A stretch of DNA of 64,000 nucleotides. Origin: Hydrurus foetidus (Eukaryota). The position numbers and the translations under genes are program-made. Below are positions 8,896 through 18,863 of this stretch, one piece after another. The stretch lies in the NCBI GenBank assembly GCA_900617105.1, contig UYFQ01000001.1, positions 4,402,001 through 4,466,000 of the forward strand, read 5' to 3'. Under the pieces are notes generated by a model, which worked only from the letters and a program-made list of their open reading frames with translations, ran no database searches and was not told the origin of the DNA. The stretch's first letter is position 1, and every line of letters begins with the position of its first letter.

Positions 8896-10035
8896 TTGAA
8901 AAAGTCCTCTATTTTTTTGACCAAAACCAAAGTAGCGCAAGCGCAGCCCGAGGCGGCTCAGCCTGCGCCCAGTCAACTCGACTTGGTTTTGCCACGCCTG
9001 GTTGCGCTGGATTTGCTGGCCACCATGGTGGCGGTTGTGCATACTACGGGCACAGTGGTGTTTGCCAACGCCGCGCTTGAACATGCGCTCGGCATATCAC
9101 GCCGCGCTATTGAAGGCTCAATGCTGCCAGAGTTCTTCACAGAACCCTATATTTTGCAGAACGCATTGGCCGGTGCCGACAGCAATGAATTTGCCACGCT
9201 GCGTTACGACGCTTGGCTAAAACGCCTGAACAACGAACCGATGCTGGTGCACGTGGTGGTAGCGCAAACCGACCTGCCGGGCGAGACGATTGTGGAGTTG
9301 CTGCCGCTGGAGCAGCAGGCCAAGCAAGACCGTGAAGAGCGCTTGATGGAGCAAGCCCAAGCCAACAAAGAGTTGATTCGCAACTTGGCGCACGAGATTA
9401 AAAACCCGCTGGGCGGCATCCGCGGCGCAGCTCAGTTGCTGCAAATGGACATCGACAAGTCGCTGACCGAGTACACCCAGGTCATCATCCACGAAGCGGA
9501 CCGTTTGCAGTCGCTGGTAGACAGGCTTTTGGCGCCGCACCGCCGGCCGCACCTGGTGGGCGACGTGAACATTCATGAAGTGTGCGAACGCGTTCGCTCG
9601 CTGATACTGGCTGAATTCCCAAAAGGCCTGCGCTTTAGCCGCGACTACGACATTTCGATTCCTGATTTTCGTGGCGACCGTGAGCAGTTGATTCAGGCGG
9701 TGCTGAACATCGCTCATAACGCCGCGCAGGCCCTGACTGAGCGCATCGCAGGTGGCGATGCGCACATTACTTTCAAGACCCGAATTGCTCGACAAGTCAC
9801 GTTTGGTAAGCAGCGCTACCGCTTGGCATTGGAATTGCATGTCATAGACAACGGGCCCGGTGTGCCCGGTGATTTGATCGATCGAATTTTCTACCCGCTG
9901 GTGTCGGGCAGGGAAGGCGGTTCGGGCTTGGGGCTGACGCTGGCGCAAACTTTTGTACAGCAGCATCACGGCTTGATTGAATGCGAGAGCATGCCGGGGC
10001 GATGCGATTTCAAGCTGCTTATACCTTTGCCGTAA
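8896..10035 (+). CDS. glnL: nitrogen regulation sensor kinase NtrB (start uncertain)
   Basis: PAS domain, LAHEIKNPLGGIRGAAQLL, DNGPG, GSGLGL. Confidence 0.95.
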   Translation: MKKSSIFLTKTKVAQAQPEAAQPAPSQLDLVLPRLVALDLLATMVAVVHTTGTVVFANAALEHALGISRRAIEGSMLPEFFTEPYILQNALAGADSNEFATLRYDAWLKRLNNEPMLVHVVVAQTDLPGETIVELLPLEQQAKQDREERLMEQAQANKELIRNLAHEIKNPLGGIRGAAQLLQMDIDKSLTEYTQVIIHEADRLQSLVDRLLAPHRRPHLVGDVNIHEVCERVRSLILAEFPKGLRFSRDYDISIPDFRGDREQLIQAVLNIAHNAAQALTERIAGGDAHITFKTRIARQVTFGKQRYRLALELHVIDNGPGVPGDLIDRIFYPLVSGREGGSGLGLTLAQTFVQQHHGLIECESMPGRCDFKLLIPLP

Positions 10036-10109
10036 AGCAGCTGATTGACTTCAACTTTGTTTTCATAGCAATTAAGACGAGCGGGGGCGACCCCAAGGAT
10101 TGACAAATC

Positions 10110-11672
10110 ATGAAGCCGATCTGGATAGTTGATGATGACCAGTCCATTCGATTTGTGCTGGAAAAAGCGCTGCTGCGAGAAGACTTGCCTACACGCAGTT
10201 TTACCAATCCGCGTGAGGTGCTGGCTGCGTTAAATGTTGCCACCGAAGAAGACGGCCCACAGGTGCTTGTCAGCGACATTCGCATGCCCGGCGGCTCGGG
10301 CTTGGATTTGCTTGAAAAAGTCAAAGCGAAGTTGCCGGGCCTGCCCGTCATCATCATGACGGCGTTTTCAGACCTTGACAGCGCGGTGTCCAGCTTCCAG
10401 GGCGGTGCGTTTGAATACTTGCCCAAGCCGTTTGACCTGCCGAAAGCCGTTGAGCTGATTCGCCGGGCGGTTGAAGAAAGCCAGCGCGAAGAAGTGCTGG
10501 AAGAACGCATGGCCGCAGCGCCAGAAATGCTGGGCCAAGCGCCGGCCATGCAAGACGTGTTTCGCGCGATTGGCCGATTGAGCCAAAGCAACGTCACTGT
10601 CATGATTACCGGCGAGTCTGGCTCGGGCAAAGAGCTGGTGGCCAAAGCGCTGCACAAGCATTCGAGCCGTGCCAGTGGCCCATTTGTGGCAATTAATACA
10701 GCTGCCATCCCCAAAGACTTGTTAGAGAGTGAACTGTTCGGCCATGAGCGGGGTGCATTTACCGGCGCGCAAACCATGCGCCGCGGCCGGTTTGAACAAG
10801 CCGAGGGTGGCACGCTTTTTCTTGATGAAATTGGCGATATGCCGTTTGATTTGCAAACACGATTGCTGCGGGTACTGAGCGACGGGCATTTCTACCGCGT
10901 CGGCGGGCACAACGCCATTAAAGCCAATCCACGCGTGATTGCGGCTACCCACCAAGACCTGGAGCAGCGCGTTAAAGACGGCGTGTTCCGCGAGGATTTG
11001 TACCACCGCCTGAATGTGATTCGACTTCGCTTGCCGGCCCTGCGCGAACGCCGTGAAGATGTGTTTGCCCTAACGCGCCATTTCTTGCAGCAAAGCGCCA
11101 AACAGTTGGGGGTAGAACCCAAGCGCATTTCAGAGCCAGCGTTGCAACAGTTGAGCAATTTTGGCTTTCCCGGCAACGTGCGGCAGCTTGAAAATATCTG
11201 CCACTGGCTGACCGTGATGGCGCCAGCGCAAGTTATTGAGCCAAAAGATTTGCCGCCAGAAGTCATGAACGCTGCGCCCGCCGCCGCACCGCTTGCCAAA
11301 ACCTCACAGGTGCCGCAGCCGTCAGCTACTTTGACAGCCGCTTACCCAGATCCAGCGCACGACGCTGTGCCAGCACACCCGCCCGCGAACCTTTTTGCCA
11401 ACGTGGCAACGGGCGCAGGCCCGGCTAAGGCGTTGGCGGCTGCAGAGCCTCAATCGGCGGGGTCGTGGGAGACCGATCTTGAGCATGAAGCGCAAACCTT
11501 GCTGGAGGCTGGCTGTCTTGACGTGTGGGATGTGTTGACCCGCCGGTTCGAGTCCAAACTGATTCAAACGGCTTTGCACAACACCAAAGGCCGGCGCATC
11601 GAAGCCGCGCAAAAACTGGGCATTGGCCGCAACACCATTACGCGCAAAATTCAGGAGCTGAACTTGGAATAA
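10110..11672 (+). CDS. ntrC: nitrogen regulation response regulator NtrC
   Basis: REC domain, GESGSGKE, GAFTGA, HTH LGIGRNTITRK. Confidence 0.97.
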   Translation: MKPIWIVDDDQSIRFVLEKALLREDLPTRSFTNPREVLAALNVATEEDGPQVLVSDIRMPGGSGLDLLEKVKAKLPGLPVIIMTAFSDLDSAVSSFQGGAFEYLPKPFDLPKAVELIRRAVEESQREEVLEERMAAAPEMLGQAPAMQDVFRAIGRLSQSNVTVMITGESGSGKELVAKALHKHSSRASGPFVAINTAAIPKDLLESELFGHERGAFTGAQTMRRGRFEQAEGGTLFLDEIGDMPFDLQTRLLRVLSDGHFYRVGGHNAIKANPRVIAATHQDLEQRVKDGVFREDLYHRLNVIRLRLPALRERREDVFALTRHFLQQSAKQLGVEPKRISEPALQQLSNFGFPGNVRQLENICHWLTVMAPAQVIEPKDLPPEVMNAAPAAAPLAKTSQVPQPSATLTAAYPDPAHDAVPAHPPANLFANVATGAGPAKALAAAEPQSAGSWETDLEHEAQTLLEAGCLDVWDVLTRRFESKLIQTALHNTKGRRIEAAQKLGIGRNTITRKIQELNLE

Positions 11673-11773
11673 GGGCTGTTTTTGCCCGTTGGGCAAGGGT
11701 TTGCCGGGTGAGCCAGTCCGGGTGACTGTGGTACTTTGACGAGTAGGTTTAACGTCATGCCACAGGAGAACAA

Positions 11774-13540
11774 ATGAAAATCGCTCTGATGCAAAGCGCG
11801 CTAAAAGAATACGCGCTGGGCGCACTGGCGTTAGTCGCCGTCCCGGTTTTGCTAGTCGTCAGTGGGTGTGCCAGCACGAGCGGCCCGCCCCTAACGCCTC
11901 CTTCGAGTCCCACAGCCTGTGCTGGCCTGAGCGGTTTTTCCATTTCGCCCCAAGGCATTGGTTTGCCCACAACCGGCGCAGTAGTAACCAGTGCGGCAGT
12001 TGTTCCCGCAGCGGGTGCAGGCGCAGCTGCCGTGGCCGAATACTGCAAGGTGCTGGGCGACATTAACCCGGTCGATGCCGCCGCACCCAAGATTAAATTT
12101 CAAGTTAATTTGCCGGTCAACTGGAACGGCAAGGCATTGATGTTTGGCGGTGGCGGCTATAACGGCGTGTTGGTAACCGGGCTGGCCAACGTGCCTGCCG
12201 GGCCGCTAGATAAGCCCGCACCACTGGCGCGCGGCTATGCCACGTTTGGCAGCGACTCCGGCCACCAGGCCAATGCCAACGGCAGCCGGGACGGTACTTT
12301 CGGGGTGAATGACGAGGCCCTGAAAAATTTTGCTTCTGATGCAATTAAAAAAACGCGCGATGTGGCTATCCATATTGTTCAGGCGCATTACGCAGCCCGG
12401 GCAAGCAAAACCTACTTTGCTGGCGGCTCCACTGGCGGACGCGAGGCGCTGTTTGCGGTACAAAACTGGCCACAAGATTTTGACGGCGCGATTGTGTTGT
12501 ACCCCGCCTGGAACGCCGCTGCGCTTGACTTGCAGTTTGGCCGCATCACGCGGGAGCTGGCCAAGCCCGGCGCGTACCCCAACCGGGCTAAACGCAAAGC
12601 GATGTACGACGCCGCAATGGCCGCGTGCGACGAACTCGATGGCGCAAAAGACGGCATGATCAGCAACGTCAGCGCCTGCAATGCCGCCTTCAACCCTCTA
12701 ACTGCCGCACTGAACGGCAAGCCGCTCCGTTGTGAGGGCGGGGCTGATACCGGCGACACCTGCCTGTCTGACGCGCAGATTGCAGGTTTTAACGTCACCA
12801 ACACTCCGCTTAGCCTTAACTACAAACTGGCCAGCGGCGAAACCACTTACCCCGGCTTCAACACCTGGGGCACCGACTTTGGCAACCCGAGCGCCAGCCC
12901 GCTGCAACCCACCGTGCTAACGCTGGCATTGGGCACCGAGCAACCCGCCAACCCGATGCCGCTGGTCATACCCGCAACCACCAGCACCATCGCCACCAGC
13001 CCTCCGTATGGGGCCACGTTTTGGGACCAGTGGGCCAAGCATTTCGTCACGCGTGATGCCAACTTTGACTCGCTTAGCCTCGACCCACAAAACCCCAGCA
13101 AGTGGCAAGAACGCATTGTGCAATTGACCGCGCTGCAAGACACCAACAAAACCGACCTGTCAGCCTTTGCCAACAAGGGCGGCAAGATACTGATGGCGCA
13201 CGGCGCGCACGATGCACTGGTCAGCCCCCGGGCAACCCAGCAGTATTGGAGCCGCATCAACACTGCGATGGGTGCAACGCCAGTGGCCGGGTTTGCGCGC
13301 TACTACGAAATCCCGGGCTACGGGCACGCGGTCAGCAGCGTGTTTAACGCGGCGTGGGACTCATTAACCGCGCTAGAAAATTGGGTTGAAAAAGGCGTTG
13401 CACCGCCGCCGCAAATCGTTGCCGACACGGCAGGCGTGCCGGGCAGAACCCGCCCGTTGTGCGAGTTCCCGGCCTACCCAAAATACATGGGCGCGGGCGA
13501 TGTGAATGTGGCGGCCAGCTTTACTTGCGCCAAGCCGTAA
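11774..13540 (+). CDS. tannase/feruloyl esterase family lipoprotein
   Basis: Lipobox VSGC, GGGGYNG, SDSGH, GGSTGGRE, CDELDG..DG, HGAHDALV, TRPLCEFP. Confidence 0.9.
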   Translation: MKIALMQSALKEYALGALALVAVPVLLVVSGCASTSGPPLTPPSSPTACAGLSGFSISPQGIGLPTTGAVVTSAAVVPAAGAGAAAVAEYCKVLGDINPVDAAAPKIKFQVNLPVNWNGKALMFGGGGYNGVLVTGLANVPAGPLDKPAPLARGYATFGSDSGHQANANGSRDGTFGVNDEALKNFASDAIKKTRDVAIHIVQAHYAARASKTYFAGGSTGGREALFAVQNWPQDFDGAIVLYPAWNAAALDLQFGRITRELAKPGAYPNRAKRKAMYDAAMAACDELDGAKDGMISNVSACNAAFNPLTAALNGKPLRCEGGADTGDTCLSDAQIAGFNVTNTPLSLNYKLASGETTYPGFNTWGTDFGNPSASPLQPTVLTLALGTEQPANPMPLVIPATTSTIATSPPYGATFWDQWAKHFVTRDANFDSLSLDPQNPSKWQERIVQLTALQDTNKTDLSAFANKGGKILMAHGAHDALVSPRATQQYWSRINTAMGATPVAGFARYYEIPGYGHAVSSVFNAAWDSLTALENWVEKGVAPPPQIVADTAGVPGRTRPLCEFPAYPKYMGAGDVNVAASFTCAKP

Positions 13541-13572
13541 AGCTGAGCAAATGCTGGCCCGCGGGCCAGTGC

Positions 13573-14352
13573 CTATGTGATTTCGACAATCACGGGCGTA
13601 TGGTCGCTGGGCCGTTCGTTTTTGCGCGGCGCTTTATCAATCACGCAGCTGGCAACTAGCGGTTTGAGCGCGTGGCTGACCAAAATACGGTCAATCAGTA
13701 ACCCCCGGTTGCGGCGAAAAGCGAACTCGCGGTAGTCCCACCATGAGTAGCTTTTCTCAAGCTGCTCAAACAGGCGAAACGCGTCGGTAAGCCCCAAGTC
13801 CAGCATGGCCTGAAAATGCCGGCGCTCCTCGGTGGTGTGGTGAATCGTCTCGCGCAAGCCTTCAGCATCGTAGGTGTCACGGTCGTCAAACGTGATGTTG
13901 AAGTCGCCCACCAACACCAAGCGCGGGTGCGCGGCCAGCTCGGCTTTCAGCATTGCTTCCAAGCCGCCTAGCCACTGCATTTTGTAGGTAAATTTCTCGC
14001 TGCCCGGTTCTTGGCCGTTAACGAAATAACCATTGACCAAACGAATTTCACCACCGGGCGCGTTTAGCGTCGCCGTAATTACGCGGGATTGTTCGTCAGC
14101 AAAGCCGGTGATGTTTTTAACCACGTCACTGGCCGGCGCCCGGCTCAAAATGGCGACGCCGTTGTAGGTTTTTTGGCCGAACACCGCGCTGCTGTAGCCG
14201 ATAGCTTCAAACGCTGCCTGGGGAAACTTTTCGTCTGTCAGCTTGAGCTCTTGCAGGCACAGCGCGTCCACCGGGTTGGCCGTTAGCCAGTCAATCACCT
14301 GCGGCAGGCGCACCGTGAGTGAGTTGACGTTCCAGGTGGCGATTTTGGTCAT
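13573..14352 (-). CDS. xth: exodeoxyribonuclease III
   Basis: WNVNS, LQELK, GDFNI, SDHTP. Confidence 0.95.
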   Translation of the reverse strand: MTKIATWNVNSLTVRLPQVIDWLTANPVDALCLQELKLTDEKFPQAAFEAIGYSSAVFGQKTYNGVAILSRAPASDVVKNITGFADEQSRVITATLNAPGGEIRLVNGYFVNGQEPGSEKFTYKMQWLGGLEAMLKAELAAHPRLVLVGDFNITFDDRDTYDAEGLRETIHHTTEERRHFQAMLDLGLTDAFRLFEQLEKSYSWWDYREFAFRRNRGLLIDRILVSHALKPLVASCVIDKAPRKNERPSDHTPVIVEIT

Positions 14353-14358
14353 TTTCGG

Positions 14359-14428
14359 GCTGTTTTAGGTATAAATTAGGGTTGTAGCCCAATAAATACG
14401 GGCGCGAGCAGCTATAAATTAAATAGCG
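14359..14428 (+). repeat. REP-like element copy 3 (intergenic)
   Basis: TAGCCCAATAAATACGGGCGCGAGCAGCTATAAATTAAATAGC. Confidence 0.9.
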
Positions 14429-14450
14429 TTAGATGTTCTTTAAACGTGCA

Positions 14451-15050
14451 TCAAATGTGCAACAGGGCCAGCACACCAACCGCCAAGCCACCCGCAGCAG
14501 CAACAAACATCAAGTATTCAACCCAGCGCTTTCGGGTTAGCAGGGCAATGGCCGCCATGGCAATTGATATTTGCAAAACTGTGGTCGCCTGCGCCCAGCG
14601 GTGGTGCTGGTGCATTTGCTCGTCTGATTGTTTGTCCCAGTCGGTCGATTCTTTTTCCAGCTTTTCAGCAGCCAGTTTGATGTCGGTTTTTTCTTTTTCG
14701 TAGCGGTCAATCTTGGCTTGGTACTTGTCTTTGGCAGCGTCATTTGATAGGTCACGCGATACCTCGGCCAGCGACTGCTTGGTACTTTTGGCCTGAAAGA
14801 AATTCCATTGGTTTGAGGCTTCGGTTTTCTTGATTGCCGCATTGTTTTTGTAAAGCCCTGCATTGGCTTGCGTTGCACCGCCCATGTATGCAAACAGCGC
14901 GCCTACCGTGGCAATGATGGCTGTAATGACCGCAATTTGCGCAATCATTCCGCTTTTTTCTTTGTCGTCGTGGCCACCATGGCCGCCTTGCGCTGCATGC
15001 TCCAGCTCATGGTCGTGTGGCCCGTGTACGTGAAATCCGCCTCCTGACAT
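14451..15050 (-). CDS. DUF4337-like membrane protein
   Basis: His-rich N-terminus, ASNQWNFFQAKSTK, TM segments. Confidence 0.8.
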   Translation of the reverse strand: MSGGGFHVHGPHDHELEHAAQGGHGGHDDKEKSGMIAQIAVITAIIATVGALFAYMGGATQANAGLYKNNAAIKKTEASNQWNFFQAKSTKQSLAEVSRDLSNDAAKDKYQAKIDRYEKEKTDIKLAAEKLEKESTDWDKQSDEQMHQHHRWAQATTVLQISIAMAAIALLTRKRWVEYLMFVAAAGGLAVGVLALLHI

Positions 15051-15051
15051 A

Positions 15052-15546
15052 TCAAGTTTCCTTTGGTTTTGTGTAAGTGATAAAACTGAAATTCAAGCCG
15101 GTTAAAGACGCATGGTTTTCACGCTGGCTTTGCACCCAATGCGGGCCGAGCGTGGGTGCAAACGCGTCGCCGGTAAATTCTTTGTCGATGTGGGTAACCT
15201 CAATCCGGTCGGCCAGCGGCTCAGCCTGCGCGTAAATTTGCGCACCGCCAATGATCCAGACATCGCCTGAGTCACTGCACTGAGCCAGCGCGTGTTGCAG
15301 GCTTCCTGCCGTTTGCGCGCCAGCAGCATGCCAATCTGTCTGCCGAGTAATGACGACATTAGTGCGGCCCGGCAAAGGGCGAAACCTGGGCGGCAATGAA
15401 TCCCACGTTTTTCGGCCCATGATGACCGGGCTGCCCAAGGTGAGCTTTTTGAAGTGTGCGAGGTCTTCAGGCAAATGCCAGGGCATGGCGTTGTTGATGC
15501 CGATGACGCCGTTGGCGGACCGGGCAAAAATCATGTTGATTTTCAT
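15052..15546 (-). CDS. folA: dihydrofolate reductase
   Basis: MPWHLPEDL, MGRKTWDS, RPLPGR, IGGAQIY. Confidence 0.97.
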   Translation of the reverse strand: MKINMIFARSANGVIGINNAMPWHLPEDLAHFKKLTLGSPVIMGRKTWDSLPPRFRPLPGRTNVVITRQTDWHAAGAQTAGSLQHALAQCSDSGDVWIIGGAQIYAQAEPLADRIEVTHIDKEFTGDAFAPTLGPHWVQSQRENHASLTGLNFSFITYTKPKET

Positions 15547-15561
15547 GGACTAAACAGAAAG

Positions 15562-16395
15562 TTAAACGGCAACAGGGGCTTTAATAGCCGGGTGATGCTG
15601 GTAGTTCACAAACTCAAAATCGTCAAATTCGTAATCGAAGATCGATTCAGGTTTGCGTTTGATTTTTAACGTGGGGTAGGGCATGGGTTCGCGGCTTAAT
15701 TGAAGCGCCACTTGATCAGCGTGGTTGCTGTAAATGTGGCAATCACCACCCGTCCAGATAAAGTCGCCAACGTCCAAATCACATTGCTGCGCCACCATGT
15801 GCGTGAGAAGCGCGTAGCTGGCGATGTTGAACGGCACGCCCAGAAAAATATCGGCGCTGCGCTGGTACAGCTGGCAACTTAACTGGCCCTTGCCACCAGC
15901 TTCAAGCGGTGGCGCAACATAAAACTGAAAAAACGCGTGGCAAGGCATCAACGCCATCTTGCTCAGGTCAGCCACATTCCAGGCACTGACGATGATGCGG
16001 CGCGAATCAGGGTTCGATTTGAGGGTATTGATTACGTCTGTGATTTGGTCAATGTGCCCACCATCAGGCGTCGGCCAACTGCGCCACTGCACGCCATAAA
16101 CCGGGCCCAGGTCGCCATCTTCACGTGCCCATTCGTCCCATATCGTTACGCCGCGTTCTTTCAACCAGTTGTTGTCGCTTGAGCCCTGCAAAAACCACAG
16201 CAGTTCATGCACGATGGACTTGAGGTGCACCTTTTTGGTGGTGACCAGCGGAAAGCCTTGTTTTAAATCAAAGCGCATCTGGTAGCCGAACACGCTTTTG
16301 GTGCCCGTACCGGTGCGGTCTGCTTTGAACACGCCGTGCGCGTCGACGTGACGCATGAAGTCTTCGTATTGGGAAGATTGGGAAGGGTTGAGCAC
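15562..16395 (-). CDS. thyA: thymidylate synthase (probable GTG start at 16395)
   Basis: [28 protein letters not shown]. Confidence 0.97.
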   Translation of the reverse strand: MLNPSQSSQYEDFMRHVDAHGVFKADRTGTGTKSVFGYQMRFDLKQGFPLVTTKKVHLKSIVHELLWFLQGSSDNNWLKERGVTIWDEWAREDGDLGPVYGVQWRSWPTPDGGHIDQITDVINTLKSNPDSRRIIVSAWNVADLSKMALMPCHAFFQFYVAPPLEAGGKGQLSCQLYQRSADIFLGVPFNIASYALLTHMVAQQCDLDVGDFIWTGGDCHIYSNHADQVALQLSREPMPYPTLKIKRKPESIFDYEFDDFEFVNYQHHPAIKAPVAV

Positions 16396-16396
16396 G

Positions 16397-16711
16397 TTAA
16401 TGTGATCCCAAAAGTGTGTCGATTGCACCTGTCACCACAGCTGCGTGTTTGGTGAAGTCGGTTATGGGGCGCTTCAAAAGAGCGGTTGGAAAAGCTGCCA
16501 TCGCAGCAGTGTCCAGAACGACATCGCTGCCTGCTATTTCGAAAACCGGGTTCAAGTCCCTGAGGCGGTTTGAAATGTATTCGCTGCTGCGTAGCGGGAT
16601 CACAATTCGTGTCTTCAGCGTCTCAAGGAAGCTGTTTTGAATATCTACCAAATATGGCGTTTGTTTGCGAAGCTCTGCATCCGGGTGGGTGTAAACATCA
16701 AATCTGGCCAT
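16397..16711 (-). CDS. ccdB: CcdB-family toxin
   Basis: MARFDVY..PYLVDIQ..TRIVIPL..LNPVFEI. Confidence 0.85.
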   Translation of the reverse strand: MARFDVYTHPDAELRKQTPYLVDIQNSFLETLKTRIVIPLRSSEYISNRLRDLNPVFEIAGSDVVLDTAAMAAFPTALLKRPITDFTKHAAVVTGAIDTLLGSH

Positions 16712-16725
16712 GACGGTTAAACGAG

Positions 16726-16965
16726 CTAAAAAGTGCGATATTTTTCAAGGGGCAAGCCATATGTTGCAATTCGGGCGTTGTATTCAGCCACGGCGTCTTT
16801 GTTGCGCTCGTTCCACTGTTCCCAATAGCGGCGTTTAACTTCGTCAGCCAGCAAGGTATCAACAGTTTGGGACAGGTTCATTCCCATTTCTCGTGCGGCT
16901 TCCAGCACCTTTGAATTGAGGGACAGGTTGGTCGCTTTTTTGGGTGCATGTTCAAATCTAAGCAT
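16726..16965 (-). CDS. ccdA: CcdA-family antitoxin
   Basis: KKATNLSLN..EAAR..NLS..W...N..A..YN. Palindrome TATGCGCATA at 16983-16992 upstream. Confidence 0.88.
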   Translation of the reverse strand: MLRFEHAPKKATNLSLNSKVLEAAREMGMNLSQTVDTLLADEVKRRYWEQWNERNKDAVAEYNARIATYGLPLEKYRTF

Positions 16966-17016
16966 GATTTAACTCCATAAAGTATGCGCATATTATCATG
17001 CACGAATCTAAGGGCA

Positions 17017-18432
17017 TCAAACCCGCACCACGCGCCCCGGATTCATCACGCCCTGCGGGTCTAACGCCTGCTTGATGGCGCGCATCATGCCTAACGCTAC
17101 TGGGGATTTGTGGTGCTCCAGCTTGTCGAGTTTGAGGCTGCCGATGCCGTGCTCAGCAGATATTGAGCCGTCAAACCTGGCGACCGAGTCAAACACCAGC
17201 GTGTTGATTTCAGCTTCTTTGTCGCGCAAAAACGCTTTGCTGTCGCCATCAGCGGGTGCCTGCACGTTGTAGTGCAAATTGCCGTCGCCCAAGTGGCCAA
17301 AATTAACCAGACGCACACCCGGAATCGCCGCTTGCAGCAACTCATCCGTCGTCGCTACAAACTCAGGAATGCGCGACACAGCAATCGAGATGTCGTGTTT
17401 GATATTCAAGCCTTCCTCAGCCTGCGCCAGCGGAATGCTCTCGCGGATGTGCCACAGCTGATTGGCTTGGGTCAGGTTCTCGGCCACGACTGCGTCAAGT
17501 ACACAGCCATCTTCAAACGCGGTTTCAAGCAAACGTTCAAACTGCTCGCGCGCATGGGTTTCACTCTCATGGTCCGAGTTTTCTAACAGCACGCAGTACT
17601 GCGCGTCTTGCCACAGCGGCACGCGCTGTTGCGGGTAGTGCTTGGCCACCAGGCTCAATGCAAACTGGCCCATCACTTCAAAACCCGTCAGCCCCGCACC
17701 CAAGTGCTTATGTGCCAAACCCAGCAGCGTGACGGCGTGCGCCATTGACGGCACGGCTGCCCAAGCAGTCAGCCGCGCTGCGGGCATGGGGTACAGCTTG
17801 AGCGTGGCAGCGGTGATGATGCCCAGCGTGCCTTCACTGCCGACAAACAAGTCACGCAGGTCGTACCCGGTGTTGTCTTTGCGCAGGCCGCTCAAGCCGT
17901 GCCACACCTCGCCTTGTGCCGTGACTACTTCAAGGCCAAGGCACAAGTCGCGCGCGTTGCCGTAACGCACTACTTGCGTGCCACCTGCATTTGTCGCCAG
18001 GTTGCCGCCGATAGTGCAACTGCCTTCAGCCGCCAGGCTTAGCGGTAACAAATAGCCTGCTTTTTCCGCGGTGTCTTGCAAGTTTTGCAAAATGCAGCCC
18101 GCGTCGACTGTCATCGTCATATTGTCGGTGTCGATGCCGCGCACCGCGTTCAATCGCCCGAGGCTCAGCACCACTTGCTGGCCTGTCTCGTCGGGAATCG
18201 AGCCACCCACCAGGCCCGTGTTGCCGCCTTGGGTAACGATGCTGACGCCGCTTGCCGCGCAGGCTTTGACCACCGCCGCAACTTCCAGTGTGCTGGCAGG
18301 CCTAACTACCGCCAAAGCTTTGCCGCGCGAGCGCTTGCGCCAGTCCAGCTCGTATGCAGACAAGTCGCCTTCTACCAGCACATAGGTCGAGCCAACAATT
18401 GTTTTTAATTGGTCAATAAGCGCGTGCTGCAT
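17017..18432 (-). CDS. FAD-binding oxidoreductase (GlcD / D-2-hydroxyacid dehydrogenase family)
   Basis: QGGNTGLVGG, GSEGTLG, GHLGDGNLH, SAEHGIG. Confidence 0.9.
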   Translation of the reverse strand: MQHALIDQLKTIVGSTYVLVEGDLSAYELDWRKRSRGKALAVVRPASTLEVAAVVKACAASGVSIVTQGGNTGLVGGSIPDETGQQVVLSLGRLNAVRGIDTDNMTMTVDAGCILQNLQDTAEKAGYLLPLSLAAEGSCTIGGNLATNAGGTQVVRYGNARDLCLGLEVVTAQGEVWHGLSGLRKDNTGYDLRDLFVGSEGTLGIITAATLKLYPMPAARLTAWAAVPSMAHAVTLLGLAHKHLGAGLTGFEVMGQFALSLVAKHYPQQRVPLWQDAQYCVLLENSDHESETHAREQFERLLETAFEDGCVLDAVVAENLTQANQLWHIRESIPLAQAEEGLNIKHDISIAVSRIPEFVATTDELLQAAIPGVRLVNFGHLGDGNLHYNVQAPADGDSKAFLRDKEAEINTLVFDSVARFDGSISAEHGIGSLKLDKLEHHKSPVALGMMRAIKQALDPQGVMNPGRVVRV

Positions 18433-18434
18433 GA

Positions 18435-18815
18435 CTAGTAGCTTCCTTTGGGCAGCTTGGGAATGCCTTTAAATCGTACTTTGACGTGCAACGAACAAGC
18501 AGCAAAAAGCACCAGACAGAGAACAACTTCAATCATGGCCAAATAGTTGCTGGGCGGCTTGTCGCTCCATGCGCGCACCGCGCCTTCAGTGAAGTACAGC
18601 CACACCAATAGGCTAAGCCAACGGTAGGTGTACATGCGGTTTTTAAGCACGCCCGCCAGCGGCAAAATCAGGGGCAGCACTTTAAGCGCCAGCAGAGAAC
18701 CGCCGGGGCGCACAGGCGCTAAGTACATCTCCCACGCAACGCCTAAAACAATCAGCGAAAACAGGCTTGCTGCGGCCGTCCAGCGGATGATGTCGATTTG
18801 ATTTTCTTTGTTCAT
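18435..18815 (-). CDS. DUF2069-like membrane protein
   Basis: LKVLPL..YTYRW..YFTEG. Start taken at ATG 18815. Confidence 0.8.
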   Translation of the reverse strand: MNKENQIDIIRWTAAASLFSLIVLGVAWEMYLAPVRPGGSLLALKVLPLILPLAGVLKNRMYTYRWLSLLVWLYFTEGAVRAWSDKPPSNYLAMIEVVLCLVLFAACSLHVKVRFKGIPKLPKGSY

Positions 18816-18863
18816 GTCTGGAAAAGAGAGAGGTGGGCAATTGCTTAAGGCATGATACCGGGG

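Noticed and set aside
13680..13710. xth motif reads GLLIDRIL instead of the usual GLRIDHIL-type sequence
   Set aside because: The catalytic Asp and the SDH motif are intact, so I cannot claim altered function from sequence alone.
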